A stretch of DNA of 64,000 bases from Octopus sinensis (lineage: Eukaryota): assembly GCF_006345805.1 (NCBI RefSeq), contig NC_043010.1, positions 6,820,001 to 6,884,000 on the forward strand, read 5' to 3'. Under the pieces are notes generated by a model. That model searched no databases. It worked only from the letters and a program-made list of their open reading frames with translations, and was not told where the DNA came from. Positions 63,595 to 64,000 of this stretch are shown piece after piece. The position numbers and the translations under genes are program-made. How positions within the stretch are numbered: position 1 is the stretch's first letter; the number at the start of each line of letters is the position of its first letter.

Positions 63595-64000
63595 CCAGCT
63601 GTGAAGGGTAAATTGTCCCCCATTTTATACTTTTGATTTTGTGCATGCACAATGTTTGTTTTTGATTTTGTTGACTACATAACATAGTAGGGTCAGTTGG
63701 GCACTGTCTGTGAGGAAAACAGCACAATGCACACTGCCAGAAATTTGGAAAGAATATGCTGTACTGTTTGGCATTCACACTGAAAACTCCGATATGAATA
63801 GATGGTAAACACACAGAACAACTATTACCCTGTCATATCCCCAAAACATATCCCAAGAGTGATAAAAAACAAACATCCAGTCAACATCATGGTATTTGGA
63901 GTGATCATTTATGATGGTGATGTTATACCTCCATTTATCTTACCACATGGCCTCTGACTCAACATGGAGGCATCCATCAAGTGCCTGGAGGAGGTAGTAC
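63595..64000 (+). mobile_element. Tc1/mariner-superfamily (maT/DD37D-like) remnant, cut by the window edge
   Basis: From 63802: MVNTQNN..KNKHPVNIMVFGVIIYDGDVIPPFILPHGL*LNMEASIKCLEEVV (K.P..VMV.G motif; stop 63955-63957); the left boundary after TA is tentative. Confidence 0.75.

Noticed and set aside
63195-63814. Overlapping 138-aa and 128-aa ORFs
   Set aside because: They span SINE and DNA-transposon remnants and show no coherent protein signal.

Overview
AT-rich eukaryotic intronic or intergenic DNA, most likely from an octopus (inferred from the tRNA-derived SINE families and the microsatellite load). No complete protein-coding gene is present, and almost all ORF-track entries are artefacts of simple repeats. 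The window is a dense mosaic of mobile elements: at least five SINE-like families; CR1-, RTE-, Tx1- and Dong/R4-type LINE fragments; two identically deleted mariners; a maT-like remnant; a Tigger/pogo fossil carrying nested insertions; a hAT MITE; a non-autonomous Helitron; and a 1.3-kb Mag-type Gypsy element with LTRs, PBS, PPT and TSD. The main unexplained structures are (1) a ~4.9-kb satellite of 48-bp units that arose at the 5' truncation junction of a CR1 LINE, (2) a family of fold-back insertions with long TSDs and hammerhead-like cores, probably Penelope-derived, (3) a SINE sharing its 3' tail with a Tx1-like LINE, (4) a SINE flanked by a ~130-bp duplication, and (5) weak candidate minus-strand host exons, two of which start with the same (G)LH...EA.S.F motif. 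All family assignments come from manual motif recognition, not database searches.
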